Source: Rhina ancylostomus
Lineage: Eukaryota
Direction of reading: 5' to 3'
DNA length: 64,000 nucleotides
Assembly: GCA_030265395.1 (NCBI GenBank)
Contig: JARFYF010000054.1
Location: 23,858,797-23,922,796, forward strand
Shown here: positions 25,756-38,348 of the stretch, in pieces
Position numbering within the stretch: the stretch's first letter is position 1
How the letters are laid out: every line of letters starts with the position of its first letter
Notes under the pieces: generated by a model
The model's database searches: none
Seen by the model: only the letters and a program-made list of their open reading frames with translations
What the model was told of the DNA's origin: nothing
Made by a program: the position numbers and the translations under genes

Positions 25756-27829
25756 CTGAATGAAGAGAAAAAATTGGAGCATGTTATTCTGCTAATGGTG
25801 CTTTTCTTCAAACAAAATTTTATCTAACGTGATCGAATTCCTGAAATTAGTTTTAAAGTCCATCTGATAAAGGAATTTTATTTTTAAATCACTTTTCGTT
25901 CCCTCTCTTGCTTTCAAAGTGACCAAGGAAAAAGATTCTCAAGATTACATTGTCAACAATTGTGGACAAACCAGAATACAAGATGGTGATCTGCAATTCC
26001 TCTCAATTCAAAAACAAACATGATGCCAAGTTAATAACATAAAGTTATTGATGTCTCCTAAATTAGAAAACTCTGCAATATGACTTGGATTCCACTGCTC
26101 TGTGCGCTCTAATTACTAACTGCTATGGTTCGTGCAACTTTGAAAATATCAATATCTATGTAATTATTTTAAGATGTTAATTTACATAAGCATAATTACA
26201 CATGAATGTTTGTGGCTGGACTAATCAAATCACTCAAAATGCTTTTTGTTAAAATATTTTGACCAGGTGAACCTCTAACCTCCACAGAAGATTTCAATCA
26301 GAAAGTTACTGCAGAGGAGTGATGAAAAAACTACCCTCAGCAATAAGGCAGCATTTATCTGAGTATACGAAGGGGCTGTAACAAAATTGAGGATAATGTG
26401 AATCAAAGCCAAAACTCTCTAGCAGTAGAATCATATTTGACACACCTGAGCTAGTTTGTCTTGTCAAAAACTAATCAACTCTCTACCTGGAATTCTTCAG
26501 GGAAATACACTTAAACCAACTATTTATAGCTGCTTCACAAATGACCAATCCCATCACTGAGTTAAGAATGGGAGAGTACACAGATGATTCAAGTGTCATA
26601 CCTCCTACAAAATAATCTAATTCCTAAAATTCTCGCAGGAACTGTGCAACATCTAGGCTTGGGCTAGGAAACAGTAATTAAAAAGTAATATTCATCTTAC
26701 ACAAGTCTCATGACCACCTTGAACAAAAAATTTAATAGACCAGCCAAATGATGATGATCATAAATATAACAGTGTTTCCTGCTCCATTCTATTCAGGAAC
26801 AATAGACTAAAGGAGCTTCCCTTTTGATTTAGGGAAAGAAACTAGAGAGGTCTTTACTATCAAATTTACAGCCATCTCCAAAGTTGGTTGACTCTCTAAA
26901 TTTACTTTAGAAGGGTCCTCACAAACTTCAAGCATTGTGTGACTTGGACAACAATGAGACATGCTAAGACAAATAAAAAGTAATTTATATGTAACCTTGA
27001 AAAAGTGCAGATCAAATCCATATCTAAAGAGTTTTTAATCAATTAAAAAGATACATTTGCTCTTAACCAATTCCTTCTATATACAATTCCCCTATGCATA
27101 AAATGCAAATTTCAAGTGAAAAAAATCATATCAGTAATTGTAATTAATATGGCATGCAGTGAAAATGTGTCTTCTTTCTGTAAATTGATTGGTAAAGTCT
27201 CAGCCTGTATTCAAAACAGAACACTTATGAATGTATTTGCTACCTTTGACATTCCTGGTTATATTTCATTCATTTTAAACAAAATAACACCTCAAGTGTT
27301 TTTTATTAACATTGGTGCCACAAATTGATAGAACAATGATATAATGATTCCAGAAATTGAAAATATTTTTGCTCAACATCAATTTTATGACAGAATCAGA
27401 ATCAGATTTATTATCAGTGACTTAAACAACGAGAAATTTAAAACATAAGTGGTTCATCCACACTAAAAGAAAAATAGGGTGTAAAAATATGAATACTTTA
27501 AAAAGATGCACCCATTATATCCACAGCTAAATTAGGTCAATGTTTTAATTTTCTTTGTAACTACCACCATTTTTTCCTGTAGATAGTGTCAGGTTGGTTA
27601 GATCTTGGTTAATTAATTGAAAAATAAACTAATTTTTTAGATAAACACATAGCAGGAAGTAGATTTCTTTTCCATTGGACAGTGTTTCAAAATCAATTAA
27701 ATTCCAGAGTAAACAACAAACCCTATCCTATNNNNNNNNNNNNNNNNNTAAAGTACAATTTCATTTTAAGTTAATTTTCTGGTATGTATCAAAACTTCAT
27801 CTATGAGAGGCTACTAAGTTCATTCTCAC

Positions 27830-28007
27830 CTGATTTCCTCAGGGAACTGGGCGTTTGTAACAAGAAAACTGGAAATATTTTGATGGTGTAACAACTTTAT
27901 AAACTGGTTGATTTTTGGGTACATGATTGGCTCCCCTACTAATGACAACGCACAGTGTTTCACCACCATGCCTTCTGCAAAACGGTCAGCTTTTACTCCA
28001 GGTACAC
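27830..28007 (-). CDS. TYW1: TYW1 internal exon (178 nt)
   Basis: gcag|GTGTACC...ATCAG|gtgag; translates VPGVKADRFAEGMVVKHCALSLVGEPIMYPKINQFIKLLHHQNISSFLVTNAQFPEEI(R), matching ORF 27826..28017. Confidence 0.98.
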
Positions 28008-31000
28008 CTGCAAACACAACAGATACTTGAATAAGACCTTAGCTAAGTGGTATGTTTCATGTACTGGACCAGAATTTATTCACCCAGGATAACATTCAAC
28101 TACAAAAACAAACTGAAAGACATCAATACCACAAACTACAAATATAAAACATAATCAACTGCATTTTAAACATACAGATGATATCAAAAAAATTTTGTAT
28201 TCAGTAAAACAAGTAACCTGGATATACATTATTGTTTTAATTAGAGAACCTAATTTTTTTCCCTTGGTTATTAATGTGCTAAAATTAGTTAATTCATCCA
28301 CTCATATTCTAATATTTAGGCAAAATGGCTCTTCACAGTTGCAGAAGGTGTCAAAACTGAGGAAGATTTGTTCCATTGACCAAACAACATTGTACCTTGG
28401 GTAAAAATAATGAATCAAATAGTTTGCCAAGGAAGATGTTTAGAAGCCATCTTGACATGTTACTCTACAAAAGCAGTCATAGCTTTCAAATATGATGTAC
28501 TTCAAATGACATTTACTCAAATTAGGCCCTGAATGGTTTAATTCCTTCAAAGTGGATATTTTTTAATAACAGACACAGAACTTAATCTGACTTGGATCAA
28601 ACTCAATTAATAAAACACTAAGCCCGATGGCAAAGAACACAACCTTAAGGATGTTATCTGGATTTTTCTCTCTTTTGACCAGCTCTGATTCATCCTTGAG
28701 TGCAGAGAAAGCACAAGGTTTATGCAACAAGAAAAGCACCATCAAGGATAGACTGAAGAAAGGCAACATATTGTTACTTGTTGGTTACTGAAACTCCTAG
28801 TACAAAATACAGTTTTAAATAAAAAGATAAAAATGAAAATGTATGTATTTTAAAACAGGTGGCTAATTTATTAACCAGATATTTTTATTCCTTTGAAGTT
28901 AACATTATATGTTTATCCTTGAAGGCCTCAAAGCAAACAAAAAATCTTGGTCATAATGGTCAAAGCCATTATGTTTTTAGCTGAATACAGAATGTGCACT
29001 GAACATATTCAGTGCATACATTTATTAGGATGCATCAATACATTTTGTAATTGACATCCTGCAATTTCTTTTAGATTTGTCAATTTTGTCGGCTATTTTG
29101 AGAGCTAGAAGATGAATTCTAGAAGAGATTAAGTGTAAAGACTGTTTGTTCTTTTTAAAAGTTACAGAGCTACTATTTTTGTTTGCACACGTGTGTGTAC
29201 ACATGCATGAAGGGTGAAAGTTGAAGCAAAACAAAACAGTAAGAGGGTAGAGGAAGAGATAGGAAATGGGGTGAGGGAATTGATGAGGAGAGTACAGAGA
29301 GGTAGAAGTGGAAATTGGAAGAGGATATACAGGGAGACAGCAGGGAAGAAAAACAACCTCTGGAACACACACTAGCAGCCAGAGCAATGCTAATTTATCA
29401 CAACCCTTTATTTGTATCCATCTGTCTCCCTCCCCACTTCATCATTTTATGCCAGGAGGTCTAATTTGCAAAGCCAATTTCTCAGCTGGCATTTTTTTTT
29501 AAAGATTCCTGGAAACTGCACCCATCACATCCTACCTGTAATAATCATTCTCTTAAGAAGTTACATCAGGTCACAGAGCCTGACTCACAGTCTGATTACT
29601 TCCAGATCTAATTGCGGCAACTGGTAATTTTTCATGTACAGAGAAGGCAGTAGCTTGCCTTATTTATTTAGTCCTGTCTTTGGACAAAAGTGTATCTTTA
29701 GCTACCAGCTCCAATATCCACTACCTGCCACCCATCTGTATTGGGTTTCTTCTTGCTTCCTTAAGTGGTTTCTTTATTGGAATATTTACAGATTTAATTT
29801 TTGATTCATGCATAAATCTTTGATGAAGGTGAAAATAAGGAAGCAATGTATTAATTAATTAACTTTGTCCCACCTCTACCTATCATGATAATTGTACCTT
29901 CCTCATTTCTGATTATCGTAGAGAAAGTGGAGACTATTGAGACTTGGGATTTGGGAGTCATTGAAGATGGTCTGGATGAATAGGATGAAAATGTCAGTGT
30001 GGATTGAGTAAGTTGTCTACTAATGGGCAAGATATGCAAGAAATGGGAAGTAGTGTCTGCTCACCATTTTGGGGTGATAGAAGTGATGGCAGAGTATCGC
30101 TGAATACTGCAATTTGGTCACACCACCACAGGCTCTCAGAGTTTAGCAGGGCAGATATGATCCTGAAATTTTCCAAAGGTGCAGCAGGAGTTTTGGTTTT
30201 GACTGCACTGAGAGGAAGAAATCACACTAGAAATAAGCTTTTGATTCTAAAATTAATAACCAAAGGGGATTACAGAAATGGGGAATAGCCCATGGGGACT
30301 TTTGCTGTCTAGAAACTGCAAGTCAGACAGTAATAGGGTGCAGGTAAAGGATCTCTACTACAGGAGTTGGTCACAGGCAGTATTAGGTAAGGGCAATAAC
30401 CATTCACACGACTGTGGAGAAACCGATAAAGTCTAACACTATAAGAGTATATAGCAGAGAGAGACCATTTAGCCTGTAGCTGCTCCTTTGTAAAGTTCCT
30501 TCACTCCCCTGCTCATTCTCCACAGCTCAGTAATCTTAATTCCCTTTCAAGTATTTAGTCAATTCTTTTCTGAATGTTACTATTGAATCTGCTTCCATAG
30601 TTTTTGGCAGGTGGTACAGTTCACATGGTTTGGGGTTACTGTGGTTGCATGAGTGGTCAAAATTGCTGGGGGCAGCAGAAGCGGGCTCTGGATAGCAAAC
30701 CTGGTTAAGATAGCACTGACAGGATAAAAAAAGGCACCTAATGACACACAGAAAACATAGAATGCATAGGCAAAATAAGGGTATATTTATAATAAGCAGC
30801 TATAGACAAACATTGAACCTTAGGCTAAAGACAACAGACTACCTCTAAGAAAATGTTTGCCTAAACATTAACAGCACTATGCAGAAACAACAACAATACA
30901 AATTTCATTCAAAATTATTCAGATTTTTAAGAATTGTTTTCTTATAGCATAATATTTAACAAAGAAATCAAAAGAGATATTTAAACAAATGGTATAGTTT

Positions 31001-31994
31001 TTGAAGTGATTGGATCTGTTGAATTAGCTTGGTTTAATGTTTGATTTTTCTTGCAGCTCGTCTTTGACTCATTGTTTGCATTCTTATTTATTGCCTCTTC
31101 ATCAATTGATTTACATCCTTCAAATGCTTTTCATTTATTCATTACTCAACTACTTCATTCTCATTTGTCGGTCCTTTATTATCCAATTTCGCATTTGTAA
31201 TGTGTGACACACCATGCATCAGCCCAAAAACATGCACTATTGGTGGCCCCATGTTATTGTGTTTACACAGATATATAACTCGGCTGACAATTGAATGACA
31301 AATGATACGCTTAATGACTATACAGATTGTACTTATTTTCTAATACTACTATCAGAGTAAATAACTCCTTCCTGAATGTTATATTTACTTCTGTAATGGA
31401 TACTATCACATTTCAAATTAGCCCTATGATTCATTAGCACTTTATGCGTGCACACATAGAATCAGTAGCATTTCATGATTAATACCTAACAGCTTAACCT
31501 TATCAATAAATCCATCCAATTCTCCTCAACTGCTGTATATTGAGACTAACATTTCTTTTAGTTACTTTCCCAGTTATAGCAACAGAATGACAACACCTTG
31601 AATAAAGAAATTCCAGGTCTATAGTGAATTTGTTAAACACTATAGCTTTCTACTATTACAATACTTCCATCACATTGCTGATATTTAAGAGTACACTAAT
31701 GGAGTAGTAATGGATGGATTGAATTTGTCGCGATATCTGCGTATAGAACATACAAGGCAATTTTATACATTGTTAGGTAAATGCCAGTGTCGCAGTTGAG
31801 TTGGAACAGCTTGTCAAGAGGCATACTAATTCATGAAGACAATTCTTTAGCACTGTGGTCAAGATGGTGTTCTGCTCACGTCCCTTTCTATATCCAGCAC
31901 CCAGTGATTTCCTCATACCATATGGAGAGAGCTGGCTCAAGCCTGCCCGTGGTACAGCTACTACAGCTACTAGAGAAAGCTGTAGGAGAGAGTC

Positions 31995-32182
31995 GCTAGA
32001 GAAAGTGATTGAGGCAAGTACAGCAGTATTATTTAAGCAGCACTTGGATAGGTACATGGAGGGGCAGGGCTTGGAGGGATATGGGCCTAAAACAGGAAAT
32101 TGGGTGGGCACCCTGGTCTTACCACGTAGACTCGTTGGGTCAAAAGGCCTGTATCCTTGCTGCATTGCTCTATGACTCTATC
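31995..32182 (+). mobile_element. CR1-type LINE 3' end
   Basis: 'atttaagcagcacttggataggtacatgga..ggagggatatgggcc..gggtcaaaaggcctgtatccttgctgcattgctctatgactcta'; related tails occur near 42800-42900 and 53560-53675. Confidence 0.8.
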
Positions 32183-32199
32183 AGTCAACTATTACGGCA

Positions 32200-32610
32200 A
32201 ACCATGTCATTTGCATGCCTGACACCCTACTCCTGAAACAGACGCTGTATTCCGAGCTGTCACAGGCAATTACCAGGCAGACAGATAAAAAGATTCAAGG
32301 ATGTACTCAAAGCCTTCATGAAGAACAGCAACATCCCCATTGACCCCAGGAAACCTCTGACCCATGAATGCTCACAGTGGAGAAGGAACATTTGGAATGG
32401 CACTATGAGCCTCATCGGCAGCATACAGAAGTCCTGTGTTTATGGTGGAAGGAACACACCACATCACCATCTAGCCACCCGCCAACCCCTTAAGACACCT
32501 CCTGCCCCATCTCTGGAAAAGTCTGCAGTTCCCACTCATCATCCACTTCAGAAGCCAAAAGAGGCAGAAGGGAAGCAAGTTATCCTGAATCCTGAGGGAT
32601 TGCCAAAGTA
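32200..32610 (+). mobile_element. RTE-clade LINE 3' fragment
   Basis: Translates MPDTLLLKQTLYSEL...KRFKDVLKA, typical of the RTE ORF C-terminus, and ends 'atcctgaatcctgagggattgcc'. Confidence 0.75.
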
Positions 32611-33874
32611 AATGTTCTTACTCTAAACAAATGGTGTAATTGAAGAAAATAGGTTCTTTTTCTCCAAGTTCTTTTGGAATTCCTGATCAGAGGCGTTAGT
32701 AATCAGCTGCTTTAAATGTACGCAAGTCCCAGACATCTGCGCATGCATTGTTTGGGAGTCAGTTCCAAAAATGCCTGACTGAATGACATTTTCCAGTGTT
32801 TTCTGTTTTTATGTCTGATTTCCAACATCTGCAGCTTTTTGATTTTCATTTACAGCTCAATGGCAGTTTGGACTGGACAATAAATCCTGTCATTTCTAGT
32901 GATGTGTGAATCCCACATCAGAATTAAAAGAAACTTGGATATTTATTTTGTTCCTCCGTTGACAACGACCTGCAAATTTCACTTGGGCATTTAAAACCAC
33001 ATTCACCACATGGAATTCAGAAATCTATAATTTTTTTTTACATATTTTTACATTTACTGGACAACAATTGCTCCTCTTGCCAACACCACCTACATCCCAA
33101 GAGTGAATATATTAAAAAAAAGCTAAGGGAAGGAAATTAAAACAAGAAAATGCTGGGGATAGTCATTATAGTCAGAATTGCTATTTGACAAAGGAAGGAA
33201 GCTGAATTAATAGAAAGTTAGAGCTCAGATTTGCTAAAATGATGCTTAGCATTAGGAAATACAAATATCTTGAAAACTGGTGTTATGTTCTGCAGAAGAG
33301 ATGAGGTTAAGGAGTGATTTCAAAGAGATGCTTAAAATTAAGATGGATTGAGAAGGAGAAGTTAATGCAAGGCTAGTTATACTGAATAAGATTTTGGTCC
33401 AACAGATATAAATCTTTAGTTTATACAGTGCCTTTCCCATCCCTTTTATGATATCTTAAGGCACTTCATTGCTAATAAAGCACTTTTGAAATGTAGTCAT
33501 TGCTTGTGTGCAGGAGAAACCACTTTAAAACAAAAATGGGGATTCTGAGATTGTGAAATGGATTGTTGGACTTTTACTTCTTAATACGGAATTTTAAATA
33601 CTTAAGAATAGACAAGAAAACTAGTTGAAGGAGTGGTGTGTGGAAATAAAGGGGTGTTTAGAATTAGGACCACTGGTCCTGTTCCTCCATAGACTGGCTG
33701 GCCTGAACTCTGATACAATTCAAGACAAACGATGGAAATAAGGCAAAAGCCGAACTGCCCCTGTTCCTTTGCCATCGTCATTTGCTAACCCATCCCACTT
33801 ATCATTAAATGTGTGGAACAAAATATTTATCCTATAATTTCTAATATTCTTGTTATTGTTTGACAACTATTTAC

Positions 33875-33984
33875 CTTTAAACTGCTTGATCAGGTTCTGA
33901 TGGTTCTCAATTGCTTCTTTTAATATCATATCAGCTTCATCCATTTTCCATCGCCATTCAGTTCCAACAGGGTTGGTATGATGC
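33875..33984 (-). CDS. TYW1: TYW1 internal exon (110 nt)
   Basis: tcag|GCATCAT...TTTAAAG|gtaaa; translates HHTNPVGTEWRWKMDEADMILKEAIENHQNLIKQFK(G). Phase 2 to 1. Confidence 0.97.
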
Positions 33985-36139
33985 CTGATAAAACAAATGT
34001 GCGCAATGCCAGTCAGTTATAATATTTTTAACCAGGGAGGATTCTTTATAGTCCAGTCTATGTTAATGATACATGAATCCATGAACTGTAACACGACCCT
34101 GAATAAATATGCAATGTGTTTCTGAAATGCATGTGATTTTTCCCATCAGTTGGATTTGACATTGACTCTATCCCAGCAAGGCTCGGGTAATACATGAACA
34201 GATGATTTAGTTAACAAAACAAAATACTAGGGTTACAATAGCTCACCATCTTTGTAACCTTATTTCTCCACAATTAATCAAAAGAGTTGCTTCCCTTCAG
34301 TTGCCTTTCTACATAACCAGATTTCTGAAAACATTTCTCACACTTTCTCTCAGACTGCAAATGTGCCCAAAGGCTATTGGCTCCGCCCTTCTCACAGATG
34401 TCAGACAAGTTGCTTTCAGCTACATCAGAAGCTTTCTCTGACATGTTTTATGATGCCACACATAAAAAGTAAAATATGTGGATGGGATTTTTCAACTGCA
34501 CATATAGACTGCCATTTTGCAATATTTACATGAAGAAACTGTTTGACAAGCCTGGTTCTGAACCTTCAAAAAATTAAAAATTAACCAATTCTTTTCATTG
34601 ATTAGCTGTTCTCCTAACCAAAATCAGAAGTTTTGTTCATGTTGATTTCAGCATCCCTTACTGCAAAATAAACTACAAACTAAATTTACCGTATCTTGTC
34701 AAAATAAAACAATTCATAAACTATATTGAGAAAAGGATTTTAACTAATTTAGCATCTTGTTTCACTTCCTAAATGTATAAGAATATTAACAACCTAAGAA
34801 CTAGAAGCAGAAAGAGGTCACCTCTCTAAGAGTAGGAATTGTAAAGGTTTATGAGTCTCTCAATCGGGATATAGACATAGGCAACCCTGAGTGTGCCAGC
34901 CCCACCCATTTTGAACTCAAGCCCACCAGAGTTGACCTGGGCAGCACTGAGAAGCAAAAGCAGATCAATACAGGGCTTAGCCACTTGATAATTAGTAGGC
35001 TCTTGAGAAACCAATAGAACATGTCTAGGGTTGTCATTTAGCTAGTACAGAGCAGGATATCAAATTTTATTTACAGCAAAGAGGTTGAGAGGTCAGGACT
35101 GAGAATCTCCAGACCAGCCCAACTCTGTAAAATGAACATTTGGTAATGTCACCACAGTTAGAACTGTTTAGTGAGCAGGAGATTTGGAGGCTGTGACTGA
35201 AGTCCAAAAGGTAAGAAAAATCCACAGGGACTACTTGATGCTAACCCAGACCAGGGACCAGAAGCCAGAAGCCACATCAGATTACGGCTAATCTCCAGGG
35301 CTACTGCCTCAAGATCTTCTGAGCTCCAGAGTCCAGATCCATATCCAGCTCTAGGCCAAAAGCTATCGTACTTGTGGGCACATGTCTATTGCAGTAACAC
35401 AGTACAATAATGGTGGAAACAGGTTTGTCACAGTACAATACTGGGGTGTCTAAGCATCCATTGTCCCTTCCTCAAGCAGTAGGGAAGCAAGGGCTCAAAA
35501 GTCACTAAAGCTGCTGCTTGATTGCATTCTTTTGCCCTCTCTTGCACATTGTGAGAGGGAAGATTTAGAAGCTTGGGATAGGAACATTGCCACTTGTTTT
35601 CTCTACCTTGCAAATGCAGTACATGGTAACAGGCCTTAAAAAAGTGAGTTAACCGTTGGATCTAAAGAAGCAGATGTGATCGTAGCCTGAAGGCAGAAGG
35701 AAGGGGAATGGAATAGGGGAGAAAGAAAGAACTCCAAGCTATCAGATCAGACTGATTTCTCTCTGTACGTGCCATTTTAATGAATGCTTTGTCCATTCAA
35801 ATGCAATGTGTTTAATATGAAATTTTAATCACAGTTCCTTGATCTCACTTTATTTATGGATGGACACACTACTAAACTCCTGTCATTCTGCTTATTAGCT
35901 CGATAGTCCTAATTCCCTTCAAGTCTATACCTCTTCCATCCCGTGACCACTCCCCAATCACTAGCTTATTTACTTTGCAGCCCTATCCACATCTCAATAT
36001 TTTGCATGCTATGAAATACTTTGAAGAACACTCGGCACATATGATCACTGTACTACAGGATTAGAAAAAAATAACAATGCCACTTTGACTAGTTTAGCTT
36101 CAACAAAAATTCCAATTCACAAATTCATCCTGGGCAAGA

Positions 36140-36272
36140 ATCAATCTTGATGCACTGACTCGACCTGAAACGTCGACCATCTCTTTGCCTCCACAGATGC
36201 TGTTTGACCCACTGAGTTCCTCCAGCAGTTTGTTTTTATTGCTCCAGATTCCAGCATTTGTAGTGTCTTGTG
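36140..36272 (+). mobile_element. Penelope-like terminal fragment
   Basis: 'gacctgaaacgtcgaccatctctttgcctccacagatgctgtttgacccactgagttcctccagcagtttg'. Confidence 0.75.
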
Positions 36273-36959
36273 TTCGCACAAATTTCTCTGTCCATTAGAG
36301 AAATGGTTTTCTAAAGAACTATAACTGTTTTTACAAAGAGTGTAACTGTACAACCACTGGCACTACTCAATAAGATTTAAAGGTAAGCATCATCACACAT
36401 ACATAATGCAACACAATAGCGTGCAATATAAATTTTATTCAGTTTTTGTGAAATTGCTTTTGGAGCTAGATATTTTGGGCTGCTTAGCTTTCCCTAAAAC
36501 TCTCCCCCAACACCATTAAATACATCTAGACCTCATTCTCTCAAATTCTAGCCATCTACTATCACTGTAGTTTATAATGTTATTCATCATTTTAAAAACA
36601 TTAATATTTGCCCAAAATTTCTCCTTCATTGTCTTTAAAAGTGAACAGATGCTACAACTACTTAAGTCCGAAGCTAAATTAAGGGATAAGCTAATTGAAG
36701 TTTTCAATTTTGAAAACAATTTCAAAGAAAATTTCTTTTTAATCCAATTATGAACTTAATGCTAAATGGCTTGATGCTTAAAATGGCTAAAATTCTCCAA
36801 TGAAAAACTTCAAGATTTTTAAACAAGTTAGCTTCTGAATACAAAGGAAATAAGGGCAATCAATTAAAATGTGCTGTATCTATATGATCTAATTCTTTAT
36901 TCCTAAAGTGTCACTGGTTTTACTAATTCCCAGTTTTGTCATGCCTGTATCAAGACTAT

Positions 36960-37720
36960 AAGAGAGAGAAGCTGAAGTATGCCATACAGCCCTTTAAGCT
37001 GCTCCATTATTTATCAAGATGATCTTCCAACTCAGCTCCATTTTCCACTACCGTTCCCACATTCCACGCCACTACAAGTTAGGATAGAGAATTGCAAAGG
37101 TCCAGTGCTCTCTAAGTGAATAAGTTTCTTCTCATATCAGTCCCAAACAGCTAACCCTTTATTCTGAAACTGTCCCTTCTTGTCCAAGACTCCTCAGTTA
37201 AGGAGAACTCCCTCCCTGTAGCTAGCCTGTCAACCATTTAAGAATTTTGAGAGTTCTGATGAAATTTCCTCCCATTCTTCTAATCCATAAAGAATACAGC
37301 CCAGTTTCTTTAACACTCTCTGAACAGCAAACCTGCCATCATATTATTCCACTGAATTTTGTTGCACTCCTTCTATGGCAAGTACAAGATGCTATACAAT
37401 TGCAATAAGATTTCCTTATTCCTGTAGTCAAACCCTCTTATAATAAAGGCTAATAAAGCACTTGCCTTGCTAATTGCTTGCTTCACCTAGCAACCTGTAT
37501 ATGAGCACACTTTGAGCATCAGCTCTACCCTGTCTCTCACCATTTAATACATACTCTGCTTTTCAATTATGTGTATCACAATGGATCAGTATGCATTTTT
37601 CCATCCATTATATTCTCACCCACTCTCTCAGCTTGCCCATACTCCTTTAAAGTCACTTTACATCCTCCTCCATACTCACAATCCCAGCTAATTTTGTATC
37701 ATCAGAAAGCTTGGGAACCA
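36960..37720 (-). mobile_element. Decayed CR1-type LINE 3' fragment
   Basis: Reverse-strand CR1 3' motifs ('tttcttctcatatcagtccc', 'taattttgtatcatcagaaagcttgg' as an FADD-like remnant). A similar fragment lies at about 41700-42330. Confidence 0.6.
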
Positions 37721-38229
37721 TGACATTTCGCCTCCCGACCCCCCTCAGCTGTCTACAAAGAACAGCAAAAATTACCTCATGGCTCTAAGAAAGATGCCAA
37801 TGTCGATTCAGAGTAAAGACCGTTGGAGCATGAAACCATATAACTGAAAGGGCTTTGCAACATGAGCATAGCATTTACTGTTGACAGGACTTAACCTTTA
37901 ACCAAATCATGCTCAGCTTTCAGGACCTTGTCATTGCATGCAAATCAATTATTTAAAGATCCTACAAAATGATCTTCATTATGACATTAATGCAAGAACT
38001 GAATTGTCATCATACTCAGGGACTCAGCAAAAAACACACCATCATCACTGTAATGGGAAAACAGACTTCCTAGTAAATTAAACACATTAGCAAGGTTTGT
38101 CTGCAACACAATTTTACATTTAACCTGCAATATTAGTTTAGGGTTAATTCAGTTAATTTACAGAACTTTTAACCACGTAAAACCTAGAGAAATCAACTAA
38201 ATTAGTATGCATTGTCATCTGTCTCTTAC

Positions 38230-38348
38230 CTCCAGCAAAAGATACATTTATTGGCACAGGCTAGACTGGGCGTTGTCTCCATACAACGATGGCTCTCAAT
38301 TCCATAGAATGTGTGTTTGTAGCAGCCACCTCGACCACGAAGCATGGA
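38230..38348 (-). CDS. TYW1: TYW1 internal exon (119 nt) with radical-SAM CxxxCxxC motif
   Basis: acag|TCCATG...TGGAG|gtaag; translates [39 protein letters not shown](R). Contains CANKCIFC and the CYK motif (auxiliary-cluster Cys and Schiff-base Lys in characterised archaeal TYW1). Confidence 0.98.
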
